DNA of 64,000 nucleotides, taken from positions 512,001-576,000 of the forward strand of contig CBDCJO010000001.1 of assembly GCA_965217865.1 (NCBI GenBank), written 5' to 3'. The notes below the pieces were generated by a model that was not told the origin of the DNA, did not search any database, and saw only the letters and a program-made list of their open reading frames with translations. The stretch comes from Candidatus Latescibacterota bacterium (lineage in GTDB: Bacteria; Latescibacterota; UBA2968; SICM01). The position numbers and the translations under genes are program-made. The stretch's first letter is position 1. Every line of letters begins with the position of its first letter. Below are positions 1 to 10,128 of this stretch, piece by piece.

Positions 1-564
1 TTGTCCTCGGGCCTTCAAGTGGGCGATTCTATTCTCCTCACCAAGGGGATGGGAATTGAAGCCACAGCCATAATTGCTCGAGAAAAAGGGGTGGAGCTGG
101 AAGGGGTCTTCGGACACGATTTTTTATCTCGCTGCAAGGATTACCTGAAGGATCCCGGATTGAGCGTGCTGGTGGAAGCCCGTATCGCCTGTGGGGCTGC
201 AAATATACACGCCATGCACGACCCGACCGAAGGCGGGGTTGCCTCCGGACTACACGAACTGGCCAGGGCTTCAAAAGTGGGAATCGAGGTGATGGAGGAT
301 CGGCTTTTCATGGCAAAGGAGTCGCGGGTTCTTTGCGACGCCCTTTCACTCGATCCGCTCGGGGTCATATCCTCCGGTGCCCTTCTCATCGGGGTTTCGG
401 ATACGGAGGCTGACGCCGTAATTGGAGCCATCCGGAATTCCAGCATTCGATGCGACCGGATCGCAACCGTCCGTGAGAGAGGCTTTGGGATCAAAATAGG
501 AGATGGCGGACATCTGGCCGACCTTCCTGCCTTTCCCCAGGATGAGATCGCCAAAGTCTTCTAA
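1..564 (+). CDS. AIR synthase-related / HypE-like protein, 5' partial
   Basis: AMHDPTEGG and DPLGVISSGALLI motifs of the PurM/HypE C-terminal domain; runs off the window start. Confidence 0.8.
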   Translation: MSSGLQVGDSILLTKGMGIEATAIIAREKGVELEGVFGHDFLSRCKDYLKDPGLSVLVEARIACGAANIHAMHDPTEGGVASGLHELARASKVGIEVMEDRLFMAKESRVLCDALSLDPLGVISSGALLIGVSDTEADAVIGAIRNSSIRCDRIATVRERGFGIKIGDGGHLADLPAFPQDEIAKVF

Positions 565-601
565 ACCAAATCCTTTCGGGGTTTGACCCACCGAGGATGC
601 G

Positions 602-1210
602 ATGATCAATGGCGTCATTTTTGACATGGATGGAACCATCACGAAACCCTGCATCGATTGGCCCACCCTCCGGGAGCGGATCGAGGTTCCCCGGGGACAA
701 ACGATCATCGACCACATCGCCAGTCTGGATCCCCCAGACGATCAACGGGCGGAGGGAATCCTCCTTGAAGTGGAGATGGATGCTGCAAACCGATCTGAAT
801 TGAATCCGGGTGCAGCCCAATTGCTTGAATACCTGAGAGAGCGTGAGATAAAAACCGCCCTGGTCACCAACAACCACCTGAAGGCGATGCAATTCGTCCT
901 GAAAAAACATGGACTCCGGTTTGGAACGACGATCAGCCGTGATGATGGGCCGATCAAGCCGTCGGCGGACCTGATCCGAAAAGCCATGAGGGCCCTCCTT
1001 CTGTCCCCCTCGGAGGTCTTATCGATCGGCGACGGTCGGTATGACCTTGAAGCAAGCAAAAAAGCGGGTGTCCCTTTTTTATACGTCACCCACGACCGAC
1101 CGTCGTTCGACCATTCCCCGGCAGTTTCATCCCTGGTTGAGGCTTTATCCTGGGTAAAGTTTAGTACGGAGAAACGCGGGTCCGGGGTGATCGGATCGCC
1201 CGCCGATTGA
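602..1210 (+). CDS. HAD-superfamily hydrolase
   Basis: Motif I FDMDGT, motif II VTNN, KP, motif IV IGDGRYD. Confidence 0.9.
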   Translation: MINGVIFDMDGTITKPCIDWPTLRERIEVPRGQTIIDHIASLDPPDDQRAEGILLEVEMDAANRSELNPGAAQLLEYLREREIKTALVTNNHLKAMQFVLKKHGLRFGTTISRDDGPIKPSADLIRKAMRALLLSPSEVLSIGDGRYDLEASKKAGVPFLYVTHDRPSFDHSPAVSSLVEALSWVKFSTEKRGSGVIGSPAD

Positions 1211-1270
1211 GAAAATGACACTTCGGCCCTGGATTCGGTTTTGGGGGTTTTATCCAGCCGCGAGAAAATC

Positions 1271-2431
1271 TTGGCGAATCTGGACAGCTTCGAATATCTT
1301 TCTCCGACACGCCTGATCGTGGGTCCGAATTCCATATCTAAGATCCCGGACCTGATTCAGGAACGCGGCCTTCGAAAGGGCCTGGTCGTTACCGATCCCG
1401 GGCTGGCGGCTGCTGGAATCGTCGATCGGGTTGTATACCTATTGAAGGACGCCAAGCTCCCCTGTGAGATCTTTGGCCGAGTCGAGGCCAATCCGCCCTT
1501 TTCAAACGTCGAGGCGGCCTACCGGGTTTTTGTCGAAGGACACTGCGACTTTCTGATCGGTCTGGGCGGAGGTAGTCCCATGGACGTGGCCAAAGGCGTG
1601 GGGGTCGCGGCGTCTCACGGAGGACATATAAAGGAGTTGGTGGGTCTCGGAAAGTGTCGGAACAGAATCCCTTTCCTGCTGTGTATACCCACAACCTACG
1701 GGACGGGGAGCGAGGTTACCCCCTTCGCTGTGATCACTGACAAAGACCTGAAGTTAAAGGCGACCATCGGGAGCCCATTTATCATCCCACACGCTGGAGT
1801 CCTCGACCCCGATCTCTCCGTGTCCCTTCCCCCCTCGATCGCGGGGGCAACTGGTATGGACGCCCTCACCCACGCAATCGAATCCTACGTGGCCTTGACA
1901 TCTCACGTCATCACAGAGGGCCTTGCACTCCACGCGATCCGTCTGATCGGGGAGAATCTTCGGAAAGCGGTCGCAAGCCACAACGACCGCGAAGCGACTG
2001 AACGAATGCTCGTCGCCAGCACGATGGCCGGAATGGCCTTTTCGCAGACGCGCCTCGGCAACGTCCACGCCATGTCGCACCCGGTTGGAGCACATTTCGG
2101 GGTCCCTCACGGGATTGCCAATGCAATCCTCCTGACCCGGGTGATGGCGTTCAACTTGATGTCCTGTCCGGCGAAATTCGCCATGATCGCAAATGCCCTT
2201 GGCGAATCACACGAGGGCCTGACGACGGTTGAGGCGGCTGAGTCGAGCCTCCTGGCTGTCGAGAAATTGGAACGGGATGTGGACATCCCGGATGGTCTGG
2301 GGAAGGTCGGGGTGAAATCTGACGCGATTCCCACCCTCTCCCAAGACGCCATGAAGAGCGGAAACGTCCTCATCAACCCAAGAAAGACCTTTCTTGAGGA
2401 TATCGTCGATCTATATGAGAAAACCATGTAA
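1271..2431 (+). CDS. Iron-containing alcohol dehydrogenase
   Basis: GGGSPMD, PTTYGTGSEVT, DALTHAIE, HAMSH, HG motifs; start uncertain (TTG 1241 or 1271). Confidence 0.92.
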   Translation: MANLDSFEYLSPTRLIVGPNSISKIPDLIQERGLRKGLVVTDPGLAAAGIVDRVVYLLKDAKLPCEIFGRVEANPPFSNVEAAYRVFVEGHCDFLIGLGGGSPMDVAKGVGVAASHGGHIKELVGLGKCRNRIPFLLCIPTTYGTGSEVTPFAVITDKDLKLKATIGSPFIIPHAGVLDPDLSVSLPPSIAGATGMDALTHAIESYVALTSHVITEGLALHAIRLIGENLRKAVASHNDREATERMLVASTMAGMAFSQTRLGNVHAMSHPVGAHFGVPHGIANAILLTRVMAFNLMSCPAKFAMIANALGESHEGLTTVEAAESSLLAVEKLERDVDIPDGLGKVGVKSDAIPTLSQDAMKSGNVLINPRKTFLEDIVDLYEKTM

Positions 2432-2479
2432 AGGGACGACGCCTGCGTCCTCTCCAAAGATTCAGCAGGAAAGGGGAGC

Positions 2480-3250
2480 ATGAAGATGACCCAAGAGCGT
2501 TTTAACCTGCGCGACAGAGTCGCAATCGTTACCGGTGCCAGTAGAGGAATCGGACATGGCATCGCGTTGGGCCTCGCAGAAGCCGGGGCGGACCTGGTCC
2601 TTATGGGGAGAGTGAAGGATACGCTCGACAAGGCAGCCCGGGAAATTTCTGGCCTGGAGCGAAAGGGATTTGCCATCGTCGGTGACGCCTCAAGGGAGGA
2701 AGACGTACGACGTGTCGTAGATCAAACCCTTGAGCGATTTGGACACATCGACATCCTCGTGAACAACGCGGGTGTCACCTATCGTGCCTCAGCCGAAGAT
2801 TTCCCTGTCGCCGAATGGGATCGGATTATGGAGGTGAACCTCCGCGGTGTTTTCCTGATGAGCGCCCGGGTCGGAAAAGAGATGATCAAACGGGGCAGGG
2901 GCAAGATCGTCAATATCGCTTCCCTCGCGACTCACATCGGCATTCCCCTCGCGAGCGCCTACGCGGCCAGCAAAGGGGGGGTCGGGCAGTATACGAAAAC
3001 CCTTGCGGTAGAATGGGCGAAGCACAACATTCAGGTCAACGCCATCGCACCCGGTTATATCGAGACGGATATGACCCGGCCCCTCAAGGAGAACCCTGAA
3101 CGAGCGGAGTGGATCATGCTCCGGACCCCCGCGCGGAGATGGGGAAAGCCGGAGGACTTGGCAGGGGCAGCAGTCTTCCTGGCCTCCCCCGCCTCTGATT
3201 TCATCACAGGACAAATCCTGGATGTGGACGGGGGTTGGATGGCGGGTTGA
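2480..3250 (+). CDS. SDR oxidoreductase, KduD/gluconate 5-dehydrogenase-like
   Basis: TGASRGIG, NNAG, YAASK, C-terminal VDGGW; GGGGAG RBS. Confidence 0.9.
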   Translation: MKMTQERFNLRDRVAIVTGASRGIGHGIALGLAEAGADLVLMGRVKDTLDKAAREISGLERKGFAIVGDASREEDVRRVVDQTLERFGHIDILVNNAGVTYRASAEDFPVAEWDRIMEVNLRGVFLMSARVGKEMIKRGRGKIVNIASLATHIGIPLASAYAASKGGVGQYTKTLAVEWAKHNIQVNAIAPGYIETDMTRPLKENPERAEWIMLRTPARRWGKPEDLAGAAVFLASPASDFITGQILDVDGGWMAG

Positions 3251-3304
3251 CGGGGGAAGGTTTCAGGGTTCAGAACCCTGTCTTTTCACTGACGGAGGTT
3301 TCCA

Positions 3305-4606
3305 ATGGAATACCCGAAATTGTTTCGTATGAGGCAGAAATTCGATGCGCCTAGTTTAAACGATGTGCCCAATGCTGTCCGGGATGAGATTCGAAGGATC
3401 GATCCCGGCAAACGAATCAAACCGGGCCAGAGCATAGCCATTACCGTTGGGAGCCGGGGCGTTGCGAATGTCGATGTGATCGCGAAGACGATCGTGGAGG
3501 AGATGGAAGCCATCGGTGCCCGTCCCTTCATCGTTCCCGCGATGGGGAGCCACGGCGGCGGAACAGCCGAGGGCCAAACCGAGGTGCTTGCCCGCTACGG
3601 TATAACCGAGGGGTTGATGGGCTGTCCCGTGCGATCGTCTATGGAGGTCATTGAAGTAGGCCGGACCGATTTTGGAATGCCGGTATATTTTGACCAGATC
3701 GCTTCCCAGGCCGACCACGTCATCGTTTTCAACCGGGTAAAGCCCCACACCGGCTTCCGGGGAGAGATCGAAAGCGGGCTTTTCAAAATGATGTTGATCG
3801 GACTCGGCAAACATAAAGGCGCTTCCCTGTATCACCGAGCCATCGTCCATCACTCCTTCGATAAGATCGTTAAGGCAGTGGGTCAGATGGTGCTCACCAG
3901 ATGTCGGGTGGCGTTCGGGCTCGCAACGCTTGAAAACGGATACGACCAGACCGCGATGGTCAAAGCCCTCCAGCCCGAGGAATTTGAAACCGTCGAAAAG
4001 GAACTTCAGAAGCAGGCCAAGGCGTGGTGTCCCAAACTTCCGTTTAAAGAAGCGGACCTCCTGATCGTGGATGAGATGGGCAAGGATATCAGTGGGGCCG
4101 GACTCGATACGAATGTGATCGGTAGAAAGGGCGACGACCGGAAAGCCCAGCCTGACGAGTGGCCCAAGATTCTACATATCTTCACGAGGGACCTCACCGA
4201 AACGACCCACGGGAATGCCGTGGGGATCGGTTTTTCCAGTTTCACGACCCGCCGGCTGGTCGAGAAGATTGACCGGACCGCCACCTATATCAACTCCATC
4301 ACGGGGCAGCATCCCTCTTCGTCTCAGGTCCCGATGTATTACGACACGGACGGCGAGGTCCTCGACATTGCGTTCGTCTCCATGGGACTCACCGAATCCC
4401 CGGATGCCAAGGTTATGTGGATCCGGAATACACTCGACCTTACGGAAGTCGAGGCCTCCGAGGCCTACTGGGGTGAGGCGGAGGGAAGGGCCGACCTGGA
4501 GATCTTGTGCGAGCCCCGACCGATGCGTCTGGGTGAGGACGGGAATCTTCCTCAGTTCGACCAAATGGCAAAATCCGTCCAGAGTGCGACGGTCGCTGCA
4601 AAATAA
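3305..4606 (+). CDS. LarA-superfamily (lactate racemase domain) protein
   Basis: VGSRG, PAMGSHGG, NRVKPHT, GLGKHKGA, GKDISGAGLD motifs; GGAGG RBS. Confidence 0.8.
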   Translation: MEYPKLFRMRQKFDAPSLNDVPNAVRDEIRRIDPGKRIKPGQSIAITVGSRGVANVDVIAKTIVEEMEAIGARPFIVPAMGSHGGGTAEGQTEVLARYGITEGLMGCPVRSSMEVIEVGRTDFGMPVYFDQIASQADHVIVFNRVKPHTGFRGEIESGLFKMMLIGLGKHKGASLYHRAIVHHSFDKIVKAVGQMVLTRCRVAFGLATLENGYDQTAMVKALQPEEFETVEKELQKQAKAWCPKLPFKEADLLIVDEMGKDISGAGLDTNVIGRKGDDRKAQPDEWPKILHIFTRDLTETTHGNAVGIGFSSFTTRRLVEKIDRTATYINSITGQHPSSSQVPMYYDTDGEVLDIAFVSMGLTESPDAKVMWIRNTLDLTEVEASEAYWGEAEGRADLEILCEPRPMRLGEDGNLPQFDQMAKSVQSATVAAK

Positions 4607-4672
4607 GTACAGGGACGGCCGATCGGATTCCTTGAGAATCCGAATTTTTCAACCCTCCCTATCTGGAGTTTT

Positions 4673-5338
4673 ATGGTGGCCAGGATTCTCTTGGTAGACG
4701 ACGATGAAAACGCCCTTCGCGTGGTGAGTGAGAAACTCCGGTCCGAGGGCATGGATGTCCTGATCGCGACAGGCGGTCAGGAGGGGATCGACAAGGCCAA
4801 ACAAGAACGGCCAGATCTTGTCATCACCGACCTCATGATGCCGGAGATAAACGGTTATGCGGTCGCGAGGGCCATCCGGGAGGATGTATCCCTGGTGTGT
4901 ACACCCATCATCATGTTGACGGCGCAAAGCCAGGTCGACGAAGTAATAAAAGGTCTCGCTATGGGCGCGGACGACTATATTGTCAAACCCTTCGGGCTCC
5001 AGGAGCTCCTCGCTCGCGTCAACGCGCTTCTGAGGATGCGCGATTTTCAGATCAAATCGATGGAAGCGGAGCGCATGAAGGCCCTACTGGAGATGGCTGG
5101 GGCTGCGGCTCACGAGATAAACCAGCCCCTTACGGTTATTATGGGCTATGCGGACATGATCCAAAAGAGGATGGAGAAACAAGATCAATTTTATGAATTT
5201 GTGACATCGATTTATAAAAATTCCCTTCGAATCTCCGAAATCATCAAAAAACTCCAATCGATCCGTCGTTATGAAAGCAAGCCATACATCGGAAACGTGA
5301 ATATCATGGATTTCGACGGATCCTCGAAAACGGATTGA
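4673..5338 (+). CDS. Response regulator, REC plus HisKA-like helix pair, no ATPase domain
   Basis: LVDD...TDLMMP...LTA...KPF, then AHEINQPL H-box; ends about 55-75 aa later. Confidence 0.85.
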   Translation: MVARILLVDDDENALRVVSEKLRSEGMDVLIATGGQEGIDKAKQERPDLVITDLMMPEINGYAVARAIREDVSLVCTPIIMLTAQSQVDEVIKGLAMGADDYIVKPFGLQELLARVNALLRMRDFQIKSMEAERMKALLEMAGAAAHEINQPLTVIMGYADMIQKRMEKQDQFYEFVTSIYKNSLRISEIIKKLQSIRRYESKPYIGNVNIMDFDGSSKTD

Positions 5339-5374
5339 GGAAAGGGGATTTTGCCCCTTTCTGTGAAAATTCCC

Positions 5375-5403
5375 TTGTATTTTCACCTTAAATTTGTGAT
5401 ATT
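5375..5403 (+). promoter_or_regulatory. Putative sigma70 promoter
   Basis: TTGTAT-17-GATATT with extended TG in an AT-rich intergenic stretch. Confidence 0.45.
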
Positions 5404-5506
5404 TATAAGGTCCAGGGCAGTGTGAAACCCCGTGCAAAGGCTTTCTACGATACCTGCGGCGTGTCGCAGGACGTGGAGATGCCGTGCATATCAGGGAGGT
5501 GGTAGC

Positions 5507-5947
5507 ATGCCGGGAAGAGTTGACGGAGTTCTCGGCGCACCGAGGAATGCGAACCTGACGGCAAGGCAAGGCGTCGAGGGCCGCGGAGGGGAAGAGGAGG
5601 AGAATCGAAACCAGACCGCCCGAGCCGAGGCTGAACGTGGTGATCGGGTGACCCTCTCTCGAGAGGGCCTGAACGCACAGGGTGGCCAGCCCGTCAGGGA
5701 GGAACAGGGACGTGGTCAGCCGGTTGATGTCAGGGCTACGGATCAAGCTGAGCCCAATCCGGCGCCGGAAGGTCAGCCCGGGGAAAACGCAGCCTTGAGG
5801 GAGGAACCCCAGGTGAGAGTTGACCAATCTCGAGCCGATCGTGCGGGCGGAGAAGAGATCGAGGAGGAACAGCCCAATGAGATCCTGGCCGCGAGGGAGC
5901 GGAACAGGGCCGGGACCGTGGGAAGCCGCTTCAACGCCGTCGGATGA
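5507..5947 (+). CDS. Hypothetical low-complexity (E/R/Q/G-rich) protein, possibly flagellar-associated
   Basis: GGGAGGT RBS before ATG 5507; DRVTLS motif; C-terminus GSRFNAVG. Confidence 0.65.
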   Translation: MPGRVDGVLGAPRNANLTARQGVEGRGGEEEENRNQTARAEAERGDRVTLSREGLNAQGGQPVREEQGRGQPVDVRATDQAEPNPAPEGQPGENAALREEPQVRVDQSRADRAGGEEIEEEQPNEILAARERNRAGTVGSRFNAVG

Positions 5948-6457
5948 CTTCCGTTCAAACTGAATTAACTTAAAGCCCACCGATGCATCGAGAGATGAAC
6001 AGTGGGCTTCCTTTTGCCGTTTTCCCTGGAATTCCTTTAAATTTGGACCAGAATCCGTGGGTTTTTCCAAAAATTGGCTGGTCTCCCGGATCGCCCGTTC
6101 CCACGTAGCCCAGGCCGTCCGTTATAGCCGCGGACGGTTTCTCGACGTTGGATGTGGCGACCAGCCGGCACTCGATTTTGTTACACCTGGAGGCCTTCGA
6201 TAAAGGTATCTTGAGGCCCTTGTCAGGATATCTTTCGGCCTGGTCCAGGTTCTTGTGCTTTGCCTCGATCGTGTTCATCGAGTGAAGGCGACACTTGGAA
6301 CTATCTCGCGTTGGGTAAGAAACCTCCCAAACTAAAAAATGGTTGATCCGGAATTCCAATCGTAGTACCATGCCAGAGGGTGCTTGACCGAAATGTGCGG
6401 GCAGGCTGGCGGGTTCTCCGGGGTTGAAAAGATCGCGTTGTTTGGAGGATAGAGACA

Positions 6458-7483
6458 ATGGTCAGAGTCGGAATCGCCGGCATCGGATTCATGGGAATGA
6501 CCCACTACAAGGCGTTCCAGAAGGTGAAGGGCGGGAAGGTGACGGCGATCTTCACGAGAGATCCAAAAAAACTTTCGGGCGACTGGACCAAGATACAGGG
6601 AAACTTCGGCGATAGTGGAGGAATCCAGGATCTTTCAAAGGTGAAACGGTATGATCGGCTTGATGACATGATTTCCGACCAGGACCTGGATCTGATTGAT
6701 ATTTGCCTTCCCACTTATCTCCACACCCAGGTTGCCCTTAAGGTTCTGAGAAAAGGGGTGAACGCCTTCGTTGAAAAACCAATAGCCCTCAATGTCCGGG
6801 ATGCCAATCGGATGATCTCGGCCGCCCGAAAGGCGGGTCGACACCTTATGGTGGGACAGGTTCTCCGATTCTCTCCCGAGTTCGCCTTCCTCAAATACGC
6901 TTTGGAGAGCGGAAAATACGGAAAGCTCATGGGAGCACACTTCAAACGGGTTTGTTCAAAGCCGAACTGGTCTCGAGACAACTGGTTCGCAGACCTGGAT
7001 AAAACCGGCGGCGCTGGGCTCGACCTCCATATTCACGACACCGACTTCGTCCTCTACCTTCTCGGGATGCCGGATCGCGTCTTCTCCAACGGTACATTGG
7101 TGGCAGGTCATGTACAGTATCTGACGACGCATTACATCTATGACAGGGGAAATTTCAGCGTTACATCCGAGAGCGGATGCGTTACGCAATCTGCCTTGCC
7201 GTTCAAGCACGGCTATGAGGTCTACTTCGAAAAAGCCTCGTTCTGCTACGACTCGATGTATGAATCCCCCATCCTTCACCTTACCTCGAACGGGAGAAGG
7301 ACAACCCCCAGGCTCCGCACCCAAGACCTTTTCGTGGGGGAGCTCCAGCACACCGTGGACTGTATCCGGAAGGGCGTGAAATCCCCGATTATCTCAGGGG
7401 AATCCGCAAGGGATTCACTCCGGCTTTGTCAGATCGAGCTCGACGGGGTTCGGAAGAGAAGGATTCTCACCGTTAAAAAGTAG
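6458..7483 (+). CDS. Gfo/Idh/MocA family oxidoreductase
   Basis: GIGFMG, CLPTYLH, EKP, DLHIHDTD. Confidence 0.92.
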   Translation: MVRVGIAGIGFMGMTHYKAFQKVKGGKVTAIFTRDPKKLSGDWTKIQGNFGDSGGIQDLSKVKRYDRLDDMISDQDLDLIDICLPTYLHTQVALKVLRKGVNAFVEKPIALNVRDANRMISAARKAGRHLMVGQVLRFSPEFAFLKYALESGKYGKLMGAHFKRVCSKPNWSRDNWFADLDKTGGAGLDLHIHDTDFVLYLLGMPDRVFSNGTLVAGHVQYLTTHYIYDRGNFSVTSESGCVTQSALPFKHGYEVYFEKASFCYDSMYESPILHLTSNGRRTTPRLRTQDLFVGELQHTVDCIRKGVKSPIISGESARDSLRLCQIELDGVRKRRILTVKK

Positions 7484-7497
7484 GATTCAAAAGATCC

Positions 7498-8448
7498 ATG
7501 GACCTTGTCGTTTTTCCGGACATTCACGATCGATGGCTGCTGAAACTGGCGTACGCGTCCGCCAAGGTGGAGGTCCTGCGGGCGGGATCGGTGGAGGAGG
7601 CTGAGGACCTTATAGCCAACGCCGACGCCCTATACGGGCAGATGACGCCAAGACTCCTGAGCGCCGCCAAAAACCTCAAATGGGTTCAGGCCCCGTGCAT
7701 CGGCCTGGAAAATTACATTTTCCCCGAACTTGTGGATCACCCCTGCGTCCTCACGAACGTTCGCGGGATCTTCAGCGAGATCATCGCAGATCACGTCTTC
7801 GCGATGATCCTCTCGTTTGCCCGGGATTTCCATCGACATTTCCGCAACCAGCTGGAGGCCCACTGGCCTGATTCCAAGGACGATGGGTCTGTGATCCATC
7901 TTCCGGATCAAACCCTGGGAATCGTCGGCCTGGGAGGGATCGGGGAGGAGGTCGCCCGTCGTGCTGCCGTTTTCGGGATGAGGGTTATCGCCCTGGACCC
8001 CAACCCAAAAGGGAATACCGAAAACGTAGGGGAGGTATATCAACCGGATGGGTTTTTCGAATTCCTGGGAGAGTCCGACCTAGTTGTCATCTGCTCCCCT
8101 CAAACCCCGTCGACCATCGGGATGTTCGACGGTTCCGCATTTACCGCTATGAAACGCTCAGCGATATTGATCAACATCGGCAGAGGAAAGATCGTCCGGT
8201 TAGATGCCTTGACCTCTGCGCTGAGGGAAGGCCTAATCGCAGGCGCAGGACTTGATGTGTTCGAGGAGGAACCCCTGCCGGAAGATCACCCGCTCTGGAA
8301 GATGGCAAATGTCATCATCACACCCCACGTGGCAGGAATCGGCCCATACATCATGGAGCGCAGGATCGAAATTGTGGTGGAAAACATCAAACGTTTCGGC
8401 TCAAAAAAACCTTTAATTAACTTGGTGGACAAGAAAACCTGGTGTTGA
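7498..8448 (+). CDS. D-2-hydroxyacid dehydrogenase
   Basis: GLGGIG, NIGRG, LDVFEEEP, TPHVAG. Confidence 0.92.
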   Translation: MDLVVFPDIHDRWLLKLAYASAKVEVLRAGSVEEAEDLIANADALYGQMTPRLLSAAKNLKWVQAPCIGLENYIFPELVDHPCVLTNVRGIFSEIIADHVFAMILSFARDFHRHFRNQLEAHWPDSKDDGSVIHLPDQTLGIVGLGGIGEEVARRAAVFGMRVIALDPNPKGNTENVGEVYQPDGFFEFLGESDLVVICSPQTPSTIGMFDGSAFTAMKRSAILINIGRGKIVRLDALTSALREGLIAGAGLDVFEEEPLPEDHPLWKMANVIITPHVAGIGPYIMERRIEIVVENIKRFGSKKPLINLVDKKTWC

Positions 8449-8493
8449 ACCTCTCCCCGAGAGTGCCGAAACGGTGAAGTCTGAGAGCCACTC

Positions 8494-8853
8494 ATGGCTA
8501 CGATTCTGATCGTTGATGATAACCAGGACATCCTGGATCTCCTGAGTCATTTTTTCGACTCCAAAGGCCACCGGGTTCTCACTGCCACGGATGCTGAAGA
8601 CGGTTTGAAAAAGGTGCGTGCCGAAAAGCCCGTCCTGATCCTGATGGATATCATGATGCCCCGTATCCACGGCGTCGAAGCACTGCGTCGGGTGAAGGCG
8701 ATCGACCCGGAGATTAAGGTCATCATGATCACCGCTGTGGACGATAAGGAGATCTCTAAAGAGGCCCTGGCCAGCGGCGAGACAGATTACGTCACAAAGC
8801 CGATCGACTTGCAGTATCTAGACACGGTCGTCACTTTTGCCCTGTTCGAATAA
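8494..8853 (+). CDS. Single-domain response regulator
   Basis: IVDD, MDIMMP, ITA, KP. Confidence 0.9.
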   Translation: MATILIVDDNQDILDLLSHFFDSKGHRVLTATDAEDGLKKVRAEKPVLILMDIMMPRIHGVEALRRVKAIDPEIKVIMITAVDDKEISKEALASGETDYVTKPIDLQYLDTVVTFALFE

Positions 8854-8891
8854 CGACTGGATTTCCGGTTTCTTCAAGAATCGACATTCGG

Positions 8892-9386
8892 ATGCCGACT
8901 GCAGATTTAATCTTCGATGAGTTAAAACGATGGAACATCACTCAGGTTGTTGGTCTCCCCGACAACGGGTCCCGTCTCCTCTACGAGCGAATCCGGGGTG
9001 ATCACTCCATGGGGTTTATCTCCGTCTGCAGGGAGGGCGAAGCATTTGCGGTTGCATCCGGTCTCTACATCGGCGGTTGCAGGCCGAGCGTGATGGTGCA
9101 GAACACCGGCTTCCTGGAATCTGGAGACGGTTTCCGAGGTACGGCCTACAACATGGCCATCCCCCTTGTAACGTTCATCGGCTACCGCGGTTACAACAGC
9201 ATCTTTTCGGACTCACCCCGCGTCGACACCGCGGCTTCTTTCTTGGAGCCAACCTTAAAGGCCTGGGGCATGCCCTACTACAAGCTCGGGTCGGATACGG
9301 ACCTCCCCGTGATCTCCGAGGCATTCCTTCAAGCCCAGGAGGGATCCAGGCCTGTGGCCGTGTTGATCATTGGGGATTGCACATAA
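8892..9386 (+). CDS. ComD-like TPP-dependent (sulfo/phosphono)pyruvate decarboxylase alpha subunit
   Basis: GLPD, CREGEAFAVASG, QNTG, IGYRG. Confidence 0.75.
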   Translation: MPTADLIFDELKRWNITQVVGLPDNGSRLLYERIRGDHSMGFISVCREGEAFAVASGLYIGGCRPSVMVQNTGFLESGDGFRGTAYNMAIPLVTFIGYRGYNSIFSDSPRVDTAASFLEPTLKAWGMPYYKLGSDTDLPVISEAFLQAQEGSRPVAVLIIGDCT

Positions 9387-9982
9387 TGATGAATAAATAC
9401 GATTGCCTCAAGGCAATCGCCGCCAACCGAAGTGACGAGATCGTCGTGACCACCATGGGGGTTGCGCTTCCCTGGTCCGCTCTTTCCGATCACCCGCGGG
9501 ACTTCGCCTCCGTGGACAGTGGGATGGGACACGCTGCGGATTTCGGCCTGGGACTTGCACTGGCAAGACCGGATCTTAAGGTCCTCATACTCAACGGCGA
9601 TGGAAGCATGCTGATGAGTCTTGGGACCCTGGCGACCATCGTTGGCTCAGGTGCGCGTAACCTCATCCTCTTCGTCGTGGAAAACCGCACTTATGAGGTA
9701 ACTGGAAATCAACCCGTCCCCGGGGCAGGGGACATCTGTTTCGCACGAATGGCCGAAGCCTCGGGCTTCCCAAGGGTTTATGAATTTCGTGAACAGACTG
9801 ACCTTGAAAAGGGACTTCCGGAGGTATTGTCCGGCGAGGGACCTCTCTTCGTCACCCTCCGGGTGGAACCAGGCATGGAACCTCCCCCCATGCGTGAGAA
9901 GGAAAATCCCGCCCCCTACTTGAGGGATAGCGTGGCCGGATCGGCTCGCAGGCTTCGTACCGTCCTTGAACAGGGACCTTGA
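9386..9982 (+). CDS. ComE-like TPP-binding decarboxylase beta subunit
   Basis: TAATG coupling to the upstream gene; GDGSMLM...N TPP motif, YEVTGNQP. Confidence 0.78.
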   Translation: MMNKYDCLKAIAANRSDEIVVTTMGVALPWSALSDHPRDFASVDSGMGHAADFGLGLALARPDLKVLILNGDGSMLMSLGTLATIVGSGARNLILFVVENRTYEVTGNQPVPGAGDICFARMAEASGFPRVYEFREQTDLEKGLPEVLSGEGPLFVTLRVEPGMEPPPMREKENPAPYLRDSVAGSARRLRTVLEQGP

Positions 9983-10025
9983 AGATCGGCATATTCTTCC
10001 ACAATTTGTCCAAAAAGTTACGACG

Positions 10026-10058
10026 AAAAAGGGGCGATCCTTCGGATCGCCCCTTCGT
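10026..10058. terminator. Bidirectional intrinsic terminator
   Basis: AAAAAGGGGCGATCC-TTCG-GATCGCCCCTT, perfect stem. Confidence 0.85.
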
Positions 10059-10074
10059 TCAGGGGTTAAGATTG

Positions 10075-10090
10075 CGGCACAGACTTTGCT
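10075..10090 (+). promoter_or_regulatory. Putative sigma54 (-24/-12) promoter
   Basis: CGGCAC-AGACT-TTGCT; GG-N10-GC spacing, 39 nt upstream of the fliG-like start. Confidence 0.6.
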
Positions 10091-10128
10091 ATTGTATGGA
10101 CCGATATTCCATAAAGGAGGAAACCTAT

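Noticed and set aside
5084-6458. Minus-strand ORFs 5084-6070 and 5970-6458
   Set aside because: They overlap better-supported genes and show no motifs; 5970-6280 might be a decayed remnant but cannot be supported
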